Source: a virus. From it: a stretch of DNA of 64,000 nucleotides. Below, piece by piece: positions 26,985 to 35,754 of this stretch. How positions within the stretch are numbered: the stretch's first letter is position 1; each line of letters starts with the position of its first letter. A program made the translations under genes and the position numbers. A model generated the notes under the pieces. It searched no databases. It was not told the origin of the DNA and was given only the letters and a program-made list of their open reading frames with translations. The stretch lies in the IMG/VR virus record IMGVR_UViG_3300009130_001466, positions 1-64,000 of that record; one strand, 5' to 3'.

Positions 26985-28097
26985 TTAAACTAATTCGCCA
27001 ATATTAGATTTAAAATAATTAATTAAAAATTTACAAAGCTGGTCATTTTCTTCAATGATTTTAAATAAATTAGTTTCACCTTGAATTTTTTCTGGTAAAT
27101 CTGGAGCAACTTCTTGGACAAGTTCTTTGAATTCTTCTCCAATTGTAATCCAAGAGGCTTTTTTGCTGACGAACTCCCACATATACAATAAGTCGACGAG
27201 CTCCTTCTCTACCCAAATAGACTTGCCTCCAGTTCTGCCATACCTAATTGGATATAGGATGGTATTGTTTGTTTTCTCATTTGGAGATTTTTTGATTGTA
27301 GCTTTAGCCCAGTGACCAATAATTGGATTTGTTTTGGGGCATGGCTGTTTTTTAGATGGGTCTTGAAGAATCATATCAGACTTATACCGAGGTTCGAATT
27401 CAATGATATAGTTAGAAAAGTGAAGGAGTGCATTGCCTCCCGTTGCTGAGGTCTGACGCACTGGAGCTTTTGAGTATGGGTCTAGTTTAATGTCTGCCCT
27501 CACTTGGCTTATAAAGATAGCCATATGACCTCTTTTTGCGAGCTTAATTGACATTCTCTTCATGAAATTCGCTGCGATCACAGCTCCACCAGCTACTTTA
27601 TTAGAGTCGTAGAAAGATTTATCAATGTCTTGCTTGGAAATTAACCCATCGACAGAATCCAAGAGAAAGCAGTATTTGAATTTTTCTTCATTCTGTTCTA
27701 CTAAGGTGTGCATAGCGTCAACAACAACTTCGTAAATATTGCTTTCAAAAACGAAGCACGTTCCTTCTACCCATTCTTTTGGATCAAAAACAAATTTAAC
27801 TCCAGATCGAGCTTGCATTTCTTTTGACAGCCTACCTTCCGCTTTGATATAAAACCCCTTAGAGCCAGGAACGTCGTTAAGCATATTTTTCATTACCTCT
27901 AAAGAAGCGGAAGTTTTACCTCCTTCATTCATTCCAACAAATCTATGCAAGCCTGGACCTAGGCCACCGCCCATTGTCAGATCAAGTTGCAATGACCCGC
28001 TTGATGCCTTGTAATCTATAGCTTCTTCAAAGTTATAGTGATCGCCTTTTTTCTCTTTGAGAAATTTTTCCAGTAGTTCTGAATCTTTGTCGCTCAT
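26985..28097 (-). CDS. recA: RecA-family recombinase/ATPase
   Basis: SGSLQLD..GGGL, GMNEGGKT, LLDSVDGL, IFISQVR, TGGNALLH. Confidence 0.85.
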   Translation of the reverse strand: MSDKDSELLEKFLKEKKGDHYNFEEAIDYKASSGSLQLDLTMGGGLGPGLHRFVGMNEGGKTSASLEVMKNMLNDVPGSKGFYIKAEGRLSKEMQARSGVKFVFDPKEWVEGTCFVFESNIYEVVVDAMHTLVEQNEEKFKYCFLLDSVDGLISKQDIDKSFYDSNKVAGGAVIAANFMKRMSIKLAKRGHMAIFISQVRADIKLDPYSKAPVRQTSATGGNALLHFSNYIIEFEPRYKSDMILQDPSKKQPCPKTNPIIGHWAKATIKKSPNEKTNNTILYPIRYGRTGGKSIWVEKELVDLLYMWEFVSKKASWITIGEEFKELVQEVAPDLPEKIQGETNLFKIIEENDQLCKFLINYFKSNIGELV

Positions 28098-28450
28098 TTT
28101 AATAAATCTTTTGTATTCTTTGGTTTATTATCACTAGAAACGTAATCTTTTCCAGTCTTTTCTCCTAAAATAATAGTGTCATACTTAGACAGGTCAACCT
28201 TAAAGTTAAAGTTTCTCCATTTTTTGTCCATAGTTTCCTTCAGTTCTTTAGACACAAGGTAAGCGAGACTGTCATACTTCTTGGGGAAGGTAACAATTTC
28301 TAAAAATTCCAAAGAATATCTAGACTCAAGATCCTTCAGGAGTTTCATTTCCCTAGCCCAAAAGAATCGCTTTTGGGCTTTGGGAACATCAATAAGCCTT
28401 CCTATGGTAAGTTGTCGCCTTTTATGTGGCGTTAATTTCTTTGAAGTCAT
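28094..28450 (-). CDS. Hypothetical protein
   Basis: 118 aa ORF overlapping both neighbours. Confidence 0.7.
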   Translation of the reverse strand: MTSKKLTPHKRRQLTIGRLIDVPKAQKRFFWAREMKLLKDLESRYSLEFLEIVTFPKKYDSLAYLVSKELKETMDKKWRNFNFKVDLSKYDTIILGEKTGKDYVSSDNKPKNTKDLLK

Positions 28451-29471
28451 GTTCGCACATTCTGCACACTAATGATTCAAAGTCAACCTTTTTCTTCCAG
28501 CCTAATTCTTCTTCTGCCTCAGAGGGGTCCCCAAGGAGCAAATCGACCTCTGCGCGGCGATAAAAACCAGGATTCACTTTCATTAGAGTGATATCTACGG
28601 GGACTTCCCCTATTAATTTATAAACTTCATCAACACCCTCGCCAGACCAATAACCTTGGATGCCAGCATTATCAAAAGCAAGTTCGACAAACTCTCTTAC
28701 AGCGTGAGCTTCTCCAGAGGCTAGTAGATAATCTTTGGGACTGTCTTGATTCAACATTAGCCAAACAGCTTCTACAAAATCTTCTGCGTGGCTCCAGTCT
28801 CTCTTGGCGTCAACATTGCCAAGTTCAAGTGGCTTAAAATGTCTATCGCCGACCTGCAAGGCTTTTGCGATTCGTGCTACATTTTTTGTTATTTTTCGTG
28901 TTACAAATTCTTCGCCACGACGTTCTGATTCATGATTAAATAAGTAGCCTTGAAGAGCGTACAAATCATAAGAGTCGCGCCACACCTTTACAATCTGTCT
29001 CGCGGCAACCTTAGACGCTCCATAAGGGCTTCTTGGTCTTGCTGGGTGCTTGAGGTCTTGTGGGGTGTAAGCTACATCACCAAACTCTTCAGATGATCCT
29101 GCATTATAGTAGCGGCAGCTTGGGCAAATCTTACGAATCGCTTCAAGTTGGCGCATGACGCCAAGAGCATTTGTGTCGAAATGATTTACGGGCATGTGCC
29201 AACTATTGCCTACAAAAGAGTTTGCGGCAAAATTAATAAAATAATCTGGCTTAATATTTTGAACTGTAGTGAAAATACTGTGTTCATCGGTTAAGTCCAT
29301 TTCAATAAGCTCAAAACGATCTGAATCAATGTGTTCGATGTTTTTGTGATTTGGCACGCTGAGTCTACGAATAGCTCCGTAAATCTTGTGATCTGTATTC
29401 GCCAAAAGGTAATCGACCATATATGAGCCGACTTGACCCGTTACTCCTGTTACTATTACTTTTTTAATCAT
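28422..29471 (-). CDS. gmd: GDP-mannose 4,6-dehydratase
   Basis: VTGVTGQVGSY, AGSSEEFG, PRSPYGASK, FNHESERRGEEFVTRKIT, LGNVDAKRDWSHA. Confidence 0.95.
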   Translation of the reverse strand: MIKKVIVTGVTGQVGSYMVDYLLANTDHKIYGAIRRLSVPNHKNIEHIDSDRFELIEMDLTDEHSIFTTVQNIKPDYFINFAANSFVGNSWHMPVNHFDTNALGVMRQLEAIRKICPSCRYYNAGSSEEFGDVAYTPQDLKHPARPRSPYGASKVAARQIVKVWRDSYDLYALQGYLFNHESERRGEEFVTRKITKNVARIAKALQVGDRHFKPLELGNVDAKRDWSHAEDFVEAVWLMLNQDSPKDYLLASGEAHAVREFVELAFDNAGIQGYWSGEGVDEVYKLIGEVPVDITLMKVNPGFYRRAEVDLLLGDPSEAEEELGWKKKVDFESLVCRMCEHDFKEINAT

Positions 29472-29832
29472 TGTTTTCTAAAAATTTTAAAGTGTTTTCC
29501 CAATCTTTGAACCTGTACCCCCTGTCATCTATATAAATAAATGATCTTGGTTTTTCTGCGGTAACATCTGAAATGTATGGACTGTATCCATGCTTATCCA
29601 ACCAATCACACACTAACTCTTTGCCTGTTTTGTTGTTTATTAGTGGTCTTTCTGTTTTTGCTTTGGCTGTAAATATGACTATTGTGTATTTTTTATTTAA
29701 TTTTTTAATAGCTTCTAGCGAGCCCTCTACTGGATCGTCATACACGGTCCCGTCGTAAAACCCTTTGGAGCATTTGTGTATTACACCATCAAAGTCTATA
29801 GATACTGTTTTATTTTCTTGATCCTCGAACAT
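29464..29832 (-). CDS. Minimal HAD-family phosphatase
   Basis: IDFDGVI, IFTA, EKP, YIDDRG. Confidence 0.85.
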   Translation of the reverse strand: MFEDQENKTVSIDFDGVIHKCSKGFYDGTVYDDPVEGSLEAIKKLNKKYTIVIFTAKAKTERPLINNKTGKELVCDWLDKHGYSPYISDVTAEKPRSFIYIDDRGYRFKDWENTLKFLENND

Positions 29833-30679
29833 AAGAGATTATATTTTCTATGGATTCTTTTTCCATCTTTTTTCTAGATTCTTCTGAAAAGCTTGCTACG
29901 TGAGGCGTGGCAAAAATATTGGGAAGTTGTAATAATTTTTTATTTGTAGTCGGCTCTTCTTCGAAGACATCCAGGGCGGCGCTAGCCAAAGGCGTTTCTT
30001 GTAAAAATTTAAAAAGATCTTCTTCGTTAAAGATAGAGCCTCTTGATGTATTAATTAATACAACATTTTTTTTCATTTTTTTAAAATCCTTGTGAGTTAT
30101 TTTATCTTGAATTTCTGGTATGTGAAAAGTTATAATATCAGATTTTTTGAAAACGGTTTCTAGTTCAAGATAATTATTTTCATAGAACGGGTCATGGATT
30201 ATCACATTTTTAGGATTAAATGACTGTATTTTGGACTTGACCAATCTGCCGATGCGACCGTAGCCGACGATTCCAATACTTAATTCGGTTAGATCTTTGC
30301 ATAGATGCTTTTCCCAGTTATATACATCTTGTTTATATAACTTTTTAATCATACATAAGATTAAAGAAACTGTAAATTCAGCAACGGAGCTGCTTGGCGC
30401 AGATGGAGTATTTAATATTTTTATTCCTCTTTTTTTGCAGGCTTTGTTATCTATAGAAGAGGTTCCCACACCAACTCTAGATATAACCTTCAGGTTTGGG
30501 CAAAGATCCAATTCTTCTTCCCCGTATTTTTCAGTGCCAGCAATTATGCATTCTGGATTATATTTAGAGAGTATATTTTTTATTTCTTCTTGTGTGTGCT
30601 TTTTTGTGTCGTTTTTATAAACGACATTTAAATTCGAAAAATCTGCATAAAAGGGGAATGTTGTTATAATTGTTTTCAT
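29810..30679 (-). CDS. D-2-hydroxyacid (phosphoglycerate-like) dehydrogenase
   Basis: SRVGVG, GIVGYGRIG, INTSRG, ALDVFEEEP, TPHVAS; start MKTII at 30679 (ATGA overlap). Confidence 0.92.
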   Translation of the reverse strand: MKTIITTFPFYADFSNLNVVYKNDTKKHTQEEIKNILSKYNPECIIAGTEKYGEEELDLCPNLKVISRVGVGTSSIDNKACKKRGIKILNTPSAPSSSVAEFTVSLILCMIKKLYKQDVYNWEKHLCKDLTELSIGIVGYGRIGRLVKSKIQSFNPKNVIIHDPFYENNYLELETVFKKSDIITFHIPEIQDKITHKDFKKMKKNVVLINTSRGSIFNEEDLFKFLQETPLASAALDVFEEEPTTNKKLLQLPNIFATPHVASFSEESRKKMEKESIENIISYVRGSRK

Positions 30680-31296
30680 TTTAAATCTTTCTGCCAGTCT
30701 ATATCGACGCATTCTTCACCAGTAAGTTCATAAAAAAATGGCTTATGTCCAATTCTACACCTGCACTTTAGTAGAGCTTCTTTCGTTATTCCGTATAAGC
30801 CCGTTGTCTCTTCGAGTATTGGTTTGGAGTCTTGGCTTCTAGGTAAAACGGACGGTCTATAAGTTACGGGAATATTGTTGTACCAAAACCATCCAAAATG
30901 TTTTTTAACTGTTAGGATGGAATCATATTTTTTTTGATTTTTAACCAAAGACTCTACGCAATTTTTTATTGAATCTGGTTTTAAGTTTGGAGCAGTAGCG
31001 AATAACTGAAAATAATAGTCACAGTCTACTAAGGATTGGTGATGATTTAGTAAATCATTTCCGTTTGCAGTATCCAAAGATAATTCTGGTTTTCTTGTTA
31101 TTAATTTACAATTTTTAGAAAGAGCAAATTCTTCTATTTCCTTTGAGTCTGTATCTATGTAAATATGATCGAATGAATTTGATTCAATGCTAGCATTAAT
31201 TATATGAGTATATAGCTTCTTTCCGTTGAAAATTAAAAAATTTTTATCTTTAATTCTTTCGCTGTAAGATTTTATTGGTATAAAGCAATTTATCAT
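30676..31296 (-). CDS. Cytidylyltransferase (NeuA/KdsB family)
   Basis: IPIKSYSERIKDKN, YIDTDS, ATAP, PRSQD, ETTGLY, VDID. Confidence 0.9.
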   Translation of the reverse strand: MINCFIPIKSYSERIKDKNFLIFNGKKLYTHIINASIESNSFDHIYIDTDSKEIEEFALSKNCKLITRKPELSLDTANGNDLLNHHQSLVDCDYYFQLFATAPNLKPDSIKNCVESLVKNQKKYDSILTVKKHFGWFWYNNIPVTYRPSVLPRSQDSKPILEETTGLYGITKEALLKCRCRIGHKPFFYELTGEECVDIDWQKDLK

Positions 31297-32078
31297 ATTT
31301 CGTCAATAGAGTTAGGGTGCATTGGGTTTTTTGTAAACCAATCTTGATCAACTCCTCTATAATAAGGTTGATCTTTATTGTGTCTAGAGGAATTTGCACT
31401 AAATTTAAAATCGCCAAGCTCGGAAATAGGTACAATGTCGAAGCATTTTTTCATATTTTCTTTGGATTCTTGTAGGGTTGCTTCTTTTTTTAGAATAATT
31501 TCACAAGAAGTTTTACCAAATATTGATTCGGGGCGAGGCTTAAAAAAATCTTTATTCGAATCAAAATAAACCAATTCGGTATTTTCTTTTTTGAAGCCAA
31601 AGTTGTGAGAACTTTCGCATATACGTGCACATTTTTTATAAATATCTATGAGCGTTTTTGTTTTTGAAAGAATTAAATGATCTGACGGGTGGTACTTATT
31701 ATCAATATCTCTTTGTGACATTATATTGGTTGTCACTATTTTATCATCTTGTAGTTTGTTTATGAGTGAATCTAGGGTTGAAAAGCTTTCATCTGATCTT
31801 GTTTTGATAGAATATTTTTTAGTAGACAGGCTTAAACCATTTAAAGTAGATAAGCATTGAAAATAAAAATTACCATAATTATATTCTTCTTTTATTGATG
31901 GAAGTGGGGAAACTAAAGTTTTAATATTTTTGTATTGAGAAAGGTCACAGCTAAAGGGTTTGTCGCTCCATGTTGACACAATCACCTCTGAAAATTGACA
32001 ATAATAATCAAGATTATTTAAAGAAATTTCACTTATGGGGCCTTGAATTATTATTGAAATATCTTCTTTGCTTATCAT
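31293..32078 (-). CDS. WavE-like glycan biosynthesis protein
   Basis: ISIIIQGPI, VIVSTW, NFYFQCLSTLNGL, IKTRSD, YHPSDH. Confidence 0.8.
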   Translation of the reverse strand: MISKEDISIIIQGPISEISLNNLDYYCQFSEVIVSTWSDKPFSCDLSQYKNIKTLVSPLPSIKEEYNYGNFYFQCLSTLNGLSLSTKKYSIKTRSDESFSTLDSLINKLQDDKIVTTNIMSQRDIDNKYHPSDHLILSKTKTLIDIYKKCARICESSHNFGFKKENTELVYFDSNKDFFKPRPESIFGKTSCEIILKKEATLQESKENMKKCFDIVPISELGDFKFSANSSRHNKDQPYYRGVDQDWFTKNPMHPNSIDEI

Positions 32079-32332
32079 TTTTTATACTTAAACCACACAC
32101 CAAGCATGACTATGGCAGATAATAAACTTAAACCATAATTAATCAACCACCAAAAATCAAACCCGACTCTTAATATTGTATAGGAGATCGCTGATATGTA
32201 ACCTACAATAGAAAGCACAAAGAGAGAAATGCTTACATCTTCTACTTTTTTTGTTCTTATACTTTTAATTATCTGTGGCCAGATGCACGTACTAAAACAA
32301 ACTGTATAAACTAATCCTAAGAATTGTTCCAT
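32075..32332 (-). CDS. SemiSWEET / PQ-loop membrane protein
   Basis: 85 aa with three hydrophobic helices; WPQIIKSIRTKKVEDVS. Confidence 0.88.
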   Translation of the reverse strand: MEQFLGLVYTVCFSTCIWPQIIKSIRTKKVEDVSISLFVLSIVGYISAISYTILRVGFDFWWLINYGLSLLSAIVMLGVWFKYKK

Positions 32333-32338
32333 AAAGAT

Positions 32339-32530
32339 CTATCTTAATAAATCTCTATGTGTTTTCCAGTCTGATCGGTGTTTTCTAACCCAAATCATTA
32401 GCGCTCTGTCAAAACCTATATCTTGACCAGCTTTTTCTGACTCAATCCATTTGAGTTTGAGTATTTCTTCTCTCTCTGCCAAAAACTCTTGGTATAGTGT
32501 AGAACCAGTGGCAAAGTGATCGTTCATCAA
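32339..32530 (-). CDS. DUF4032-like small protein
   Basis: LYQEFLAEREEILKLKWIESEKAGQDIGFDRAL..W. Confidence 0.8.
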   Translation of the reverse strand: MMNDHFATGSTLYQEFLAEREEILKLKWIESEKAGQDIGFDRALMIWVRKHRSDWKTHRDLLR

Positions 32531-33417
32531 TAATCTCCCTGAATTGTTTCTGCTTTAGAAAGTTCTGGATTAATTTCAAGAAGGGCGGCGTCTGACTCAA
32601 GCTCTTCTGAGCCTTCTACTTTTTTGCCCGCTCTCCACTGTTTGCAGGACCAGTATCGCGCTTTATATTTTGGGCCTGGGTTTGTATCACATTGGTGGCG
32701 AGCTCTGAATGATTTGCGACGCTCTGGATCATCTCTTTTTATCTCCATATTTGGATCGCCAAAAGTAACTTTTACTACATTGCCTTTATCGTTTTTTACA
32801 TAAACGCCAAATTTCTTTTTAGATCCCTTGGGAAGTCTAAATGGTTTATTTAGAGTTTTCTTTTCTGCTTCTGTTTCACATTCCCAATCTTCCGATTCTG
32901 AATATTCTAATATTTCTGTATCTGAGATTTTAGAAGCCAATAAATCTATTTTAGCTAGAGCTAGTTCTACTTTTGAATAATCATCAAATCCCGATTCGAT
33001 TGTAAGGTTTGAGATATCTTCTTCTGAAGCTTTAGCAACATCTTGATCGGCTTTGCGGTAGGAATCCTTAACTTTGCCCCCGCGCATCATTTTTAAAAAC
33101 ATATTTACACGAGCCATTGCCCAGCTACCTCTAGTTTGGCCAGGTCTGTGTGATGTAGAAAATGCTCCAGCTCCTCTACGGTAAATCTTCTTAAGCATAC
33201 CAAGGGTTACTTTCTTATTAGATTTTTCATTGTGCTCTTTGACTTTGTTCTTTAGTGAGGTTGTGACCTTTTCACTGAAAGTTATTGCCCCAGCAGCAGA
33301 GCCTGGTTCGTTTACAGAGGAACCCTTTTTATTTTCTTCTGGTTTTGCTGGTGTTTGTGCGGCGCTTTTGGGGCCTGGCCTGCCAGCTTTAAGCTTTTCT
33401 GAAAAATCTAATTCCAT
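32527..33417 (-). CDS. Basic two-domain viral protein (DUF5824-like plus DUF6321-like)
   Basis: IYRRGAGAFSTSHRPG..WAMARVN and KVTFGDPNMEIK..ERRKSFRARH.C..ARYWSC; GTGTAA-N9-ATG at 33427-33432. Confidence 0.7.
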   Translation of the reverse strand: MELDFSEKLKAGRPGPKSAAQTPAKPEENKKGSSVNEPGSAAGAITFSEKVTTSLKNKVKEHNEKSNKKVTLGMLKKIYRRGAGAFSTSHRPGQTRGSWAMARVNMFLKMMRGGKVKDSYRKADQDVAKASEEDISNLTIESGFDDYSKVELALAKIDLLASKISDTEILEYSESEDWECETEAEKKTLNKPFRLPKGSKKKFGVYVKNDKGNVVKVTFGDPNMEIKRDDPERRKSFRARHQCDTNPGPKYKARYWSCKQWRAGKKVEGSEELESDAALLEINPELSKAETIQGDY

Positions 33418-33447
33418 ATATATATGTTACACTTTTTTTAAAAAAAA

Positions 33448-33732
33448 TCAACCCCAAAAATTATATGCCAAAATACCAGCGGCGGCTGTTAGTAATCCGC
33501 TGACAAAAACCCACGTCAATTTATTAAAGCCGTTTACAAAAGCTCTTGTTTCTGCTGTGATTTTTTCCATTTCAATCATTCTGTTGTTCATGTCTTCTAT
33601 TTTCTTGAACAGAACGTCGGTTAAAGTCCCAAGTTGAATTAATTTTTCTTCAGCTCTGGCAATAGAAATAACCGCATCTGAAAGTTTGTCAACTTTTTGC
33701 TCTATTCTTAGTAGTCTATCCTCTTCTGGCAT
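33448..33732 (-). CDS. Coiled-coil protein with C-terminal TM helix (XhlA/holin-like)
   Basis: RLLRIEQKVDKLS coiled coil then LTWVFVSGLLTAAAGILAY; GTGTAA-N8-ATG at 33741-33746. Confidence 0.65.
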   Translation of the reverse strand: MPEEDRLLRIEQKVDKLSDAVISIARAEEKLIQLGTLTDVLFKKIEDMNNRMIEMEKITAETRAFVNGFNKLTWVFVSGLLTAAAGILAYNFWG

Positions 33733-33740
33733 GGTTTTGT

Positions 33741-33986
33741 TTACACTAAATCTCCAAATCTTTCTTGAGGAAATAAAATTTCTCTTTGTTCTTTTTTGTC
33801 TATATTATAGAACTCACACGCTTCAGATAAGGTATCAAAATATCTCCACCCATCAACTGGATAAGTGTATGTTTCCTTTAGGCTGATATCTAAAGTATAA
33901 TCTTTATGTTCTAAATGAGTGGCAAAAATCGTTACTGATCTTTTCGCTCCTACTTCCAGTTTATAAAATCCGTTTTCTTCTTCCAT
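33741..33986 (-). CDS. Small fibre-associated protein
   Basis: 81 aa; TYPVDGWRYFD; directly downstream of fibre genes. Confidence 0.6.
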   Translation of the reverse strand: MEEENGFYKLEVGAKRSVTIFATHLEHKDYTLDISLKETYTYPVDGWRYFDTLSEACEFYNIDKKEQREILFPQERFGDLV

Positions 33987-33987
33987 A

Positions 33988-35754
33988 TTACAAGTTTAGT
34001 GTCCAACCTTTATTTGTTGCTATAAGTTTATCAGCAGCTGTTAAATCCGCTGTAAAAGAATTATTTCTCAAATCTAGTGTTGCTGAATGAGTAATTGTAA
34101 CTAAGTGGTTAAAAATTTCAAGTATAGCATCTCTATTTAAGGGACAATATCGTAATGACACACTATACTTAAATCCAGTTTCATCAGTTGCTGCTCCAGG
34201 AAATTTAATATAGTTTATGTTTCTAGCGAGGCCGAACGTGTTGCTGTAATCCCCAGAATCATTTGCATACGAGAAATCAATGCCCTCAATGTATTGTAAG
34301 GAGGCAGCGTTATAAAAACATTGATAATATTCTCCATCACTTGGTCCAGCGTTCATTCCTACAAGTTTTACTGATGTTAAAGATTCGGACCCGAAAAATG
34401 TTCTATATAGTGAGCCAGTGTTGGTCAAATTATTGACATGTATCGGTGGAAGCTCTTTTAACGCTGCCATACCATTAAAAGAATCCCGCATATCAGTACA
34501 GTTCGTAAAATCCAAATGTGTATATTGCGAATCAAACCTTTCAATCTGGGTTGCCCCTTGAAACATATTTGACGCATTACTAGCCCGTGTAAATTGCCCT
34601 AAATAAGGAAATACTTTCAATGAATCGAAATTATAAAACACCTGACTCATATCAAAATTGCTGGTTCGTTCAATAGCGTCAAGCCCTCCTTGCTCTGTTA
34701 AAACTGAAAAATCATAACATTCTCTTAGATTACCAAACGTTCTATCAATTCCTTGACCATCCATTTTGCTAAGATCTACACCTTGCGGTATTGCTCTTAA
34801 ATCTAAGGCATTATAAAACATGTAATCAAGGCGAACACTGCCTGTATTCCGTACTCCAACGTATGGTATATATTTTATATTTCGACAATCAGCAAAAGTA
34901 AGATAGAAGGAGCTACAAGATGTAAGCATTCCGCTTCCAAACAAACCTTCTGGCATGTACCTAAGCGCATAGCAATAACGAAAAGTCTCTTGCATATTAC
35001 TTGGATTTTTAAACCAGTATCTATCATTGCTAGCAAAATCATCTGGTAAATATGTTAAGGAGTTGCAATCATAAAACGTCCTTACGTAAGATTCAGATCC
35101 AGCATTTCGAATATAAGGCACAAAAGGTATTGATCTTAAAGAACGACAGCCACAATAAAGTCTTTCTGGTTGCGTTAACCTATTACTTGAAGTGTTTCTG
35201 ATTTCAATTTGCTCGACCATTCTCATTGGACGACTATAATTAATCGTATGAGTCGTAGCATTCGAACTACTTACAAATAAATCTAAAATATTTGGACCAG
35301 CCCTATACGCCAAAGTAGCATTGGTGATGTACGGACCGTCTATATCAAAATTAATCTGTCCAAGACTACCTCCAAAAACCACTCCATCACCTAAAGTAAC
35401 TTCGAACACTGCTTGTCTGTATCCTCTGAATTCTGTACTAGCTGGCAAATCGTCATAATCATATATGTGAGTAACAGTAACATTAGAACCAACAGTTTCA
35501 ACATTACCATCACCCCAATCTACGGTGTATGGAGAACTATCATCAGTATCTAAATTGAAAGTTACATAATTTTGTGCAGCTCTTTCATTAGGAAATACCG
35601 CGACCAAGCCAATAATCTTTTCTGGCACGCCGTCTGGCACATTTAAATCAAGCCATTCGGTAGGTCGAGACCATTGATCATTTACATCGTATTTTGCATC
35701 GGCTGGCAAAAGATTTGGAACGTTGCCTGGAGATAAACTAGGTAAAAAACTCAT
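33988..35754 (-). CDS. Putative receptor-binding protein: PKD-like domain plus DUF285/BspA-like repeats
   Basis: WSRPTEWL, YTVDWGDG, repeated F..C.sL..iP units, IATNKGWT C-terminus. Confidence 0.75.
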   Translation of the reverse strand: MSFLPSLSPGNVPNLLPADAKYDVNDQWSRPTEWLDLNVPDGVPEKIIGLVAVFPNERAAQNYVTFNLDTDDSSPYTVDWGDGNVETVGSNVTVTHIYDYDDLPASTEFRGYRQAVFEVTLGDGVVFGGSLGQINFDIDGPYITNATLAYRAGPNILDLFVSSSNATTHTINYSRPMRMVEQIEIRNTSSNRLTQPERLYCGCRSLRSIPFVPYIRNAGSESYVRTFYDCNSLTYLPDDFASNDRYWFKNPSNMQETFRYCYALRYMPEGLFGSGMLTSCSSFYLTFADCRNIKYIPYVGVRNTGSVRLDYMFYNALDLRAIPQGVDLSKMDGQGIDRTFGNLRECYDFSVLTEQGGLDAIERTSNFDMSQVFYNFDSLKVFPYLGQFTRASNASNMFQGATQIERFDSQYTHLDFTNCTDMRDSFNGMAALKELPPIHVNNLTNTGSLYRTFFGSESLTSVKLVGMNAGPSDGEYYQCFYNAASLQYIEGIDFSYANDSGDYSNTFGLARNINYIKFPGAATDETGFKYSVSLRYCPLNRDAILEIFNHLVTITHSATLDLRNNSFTADLTAADKLIATNKGWTLNL

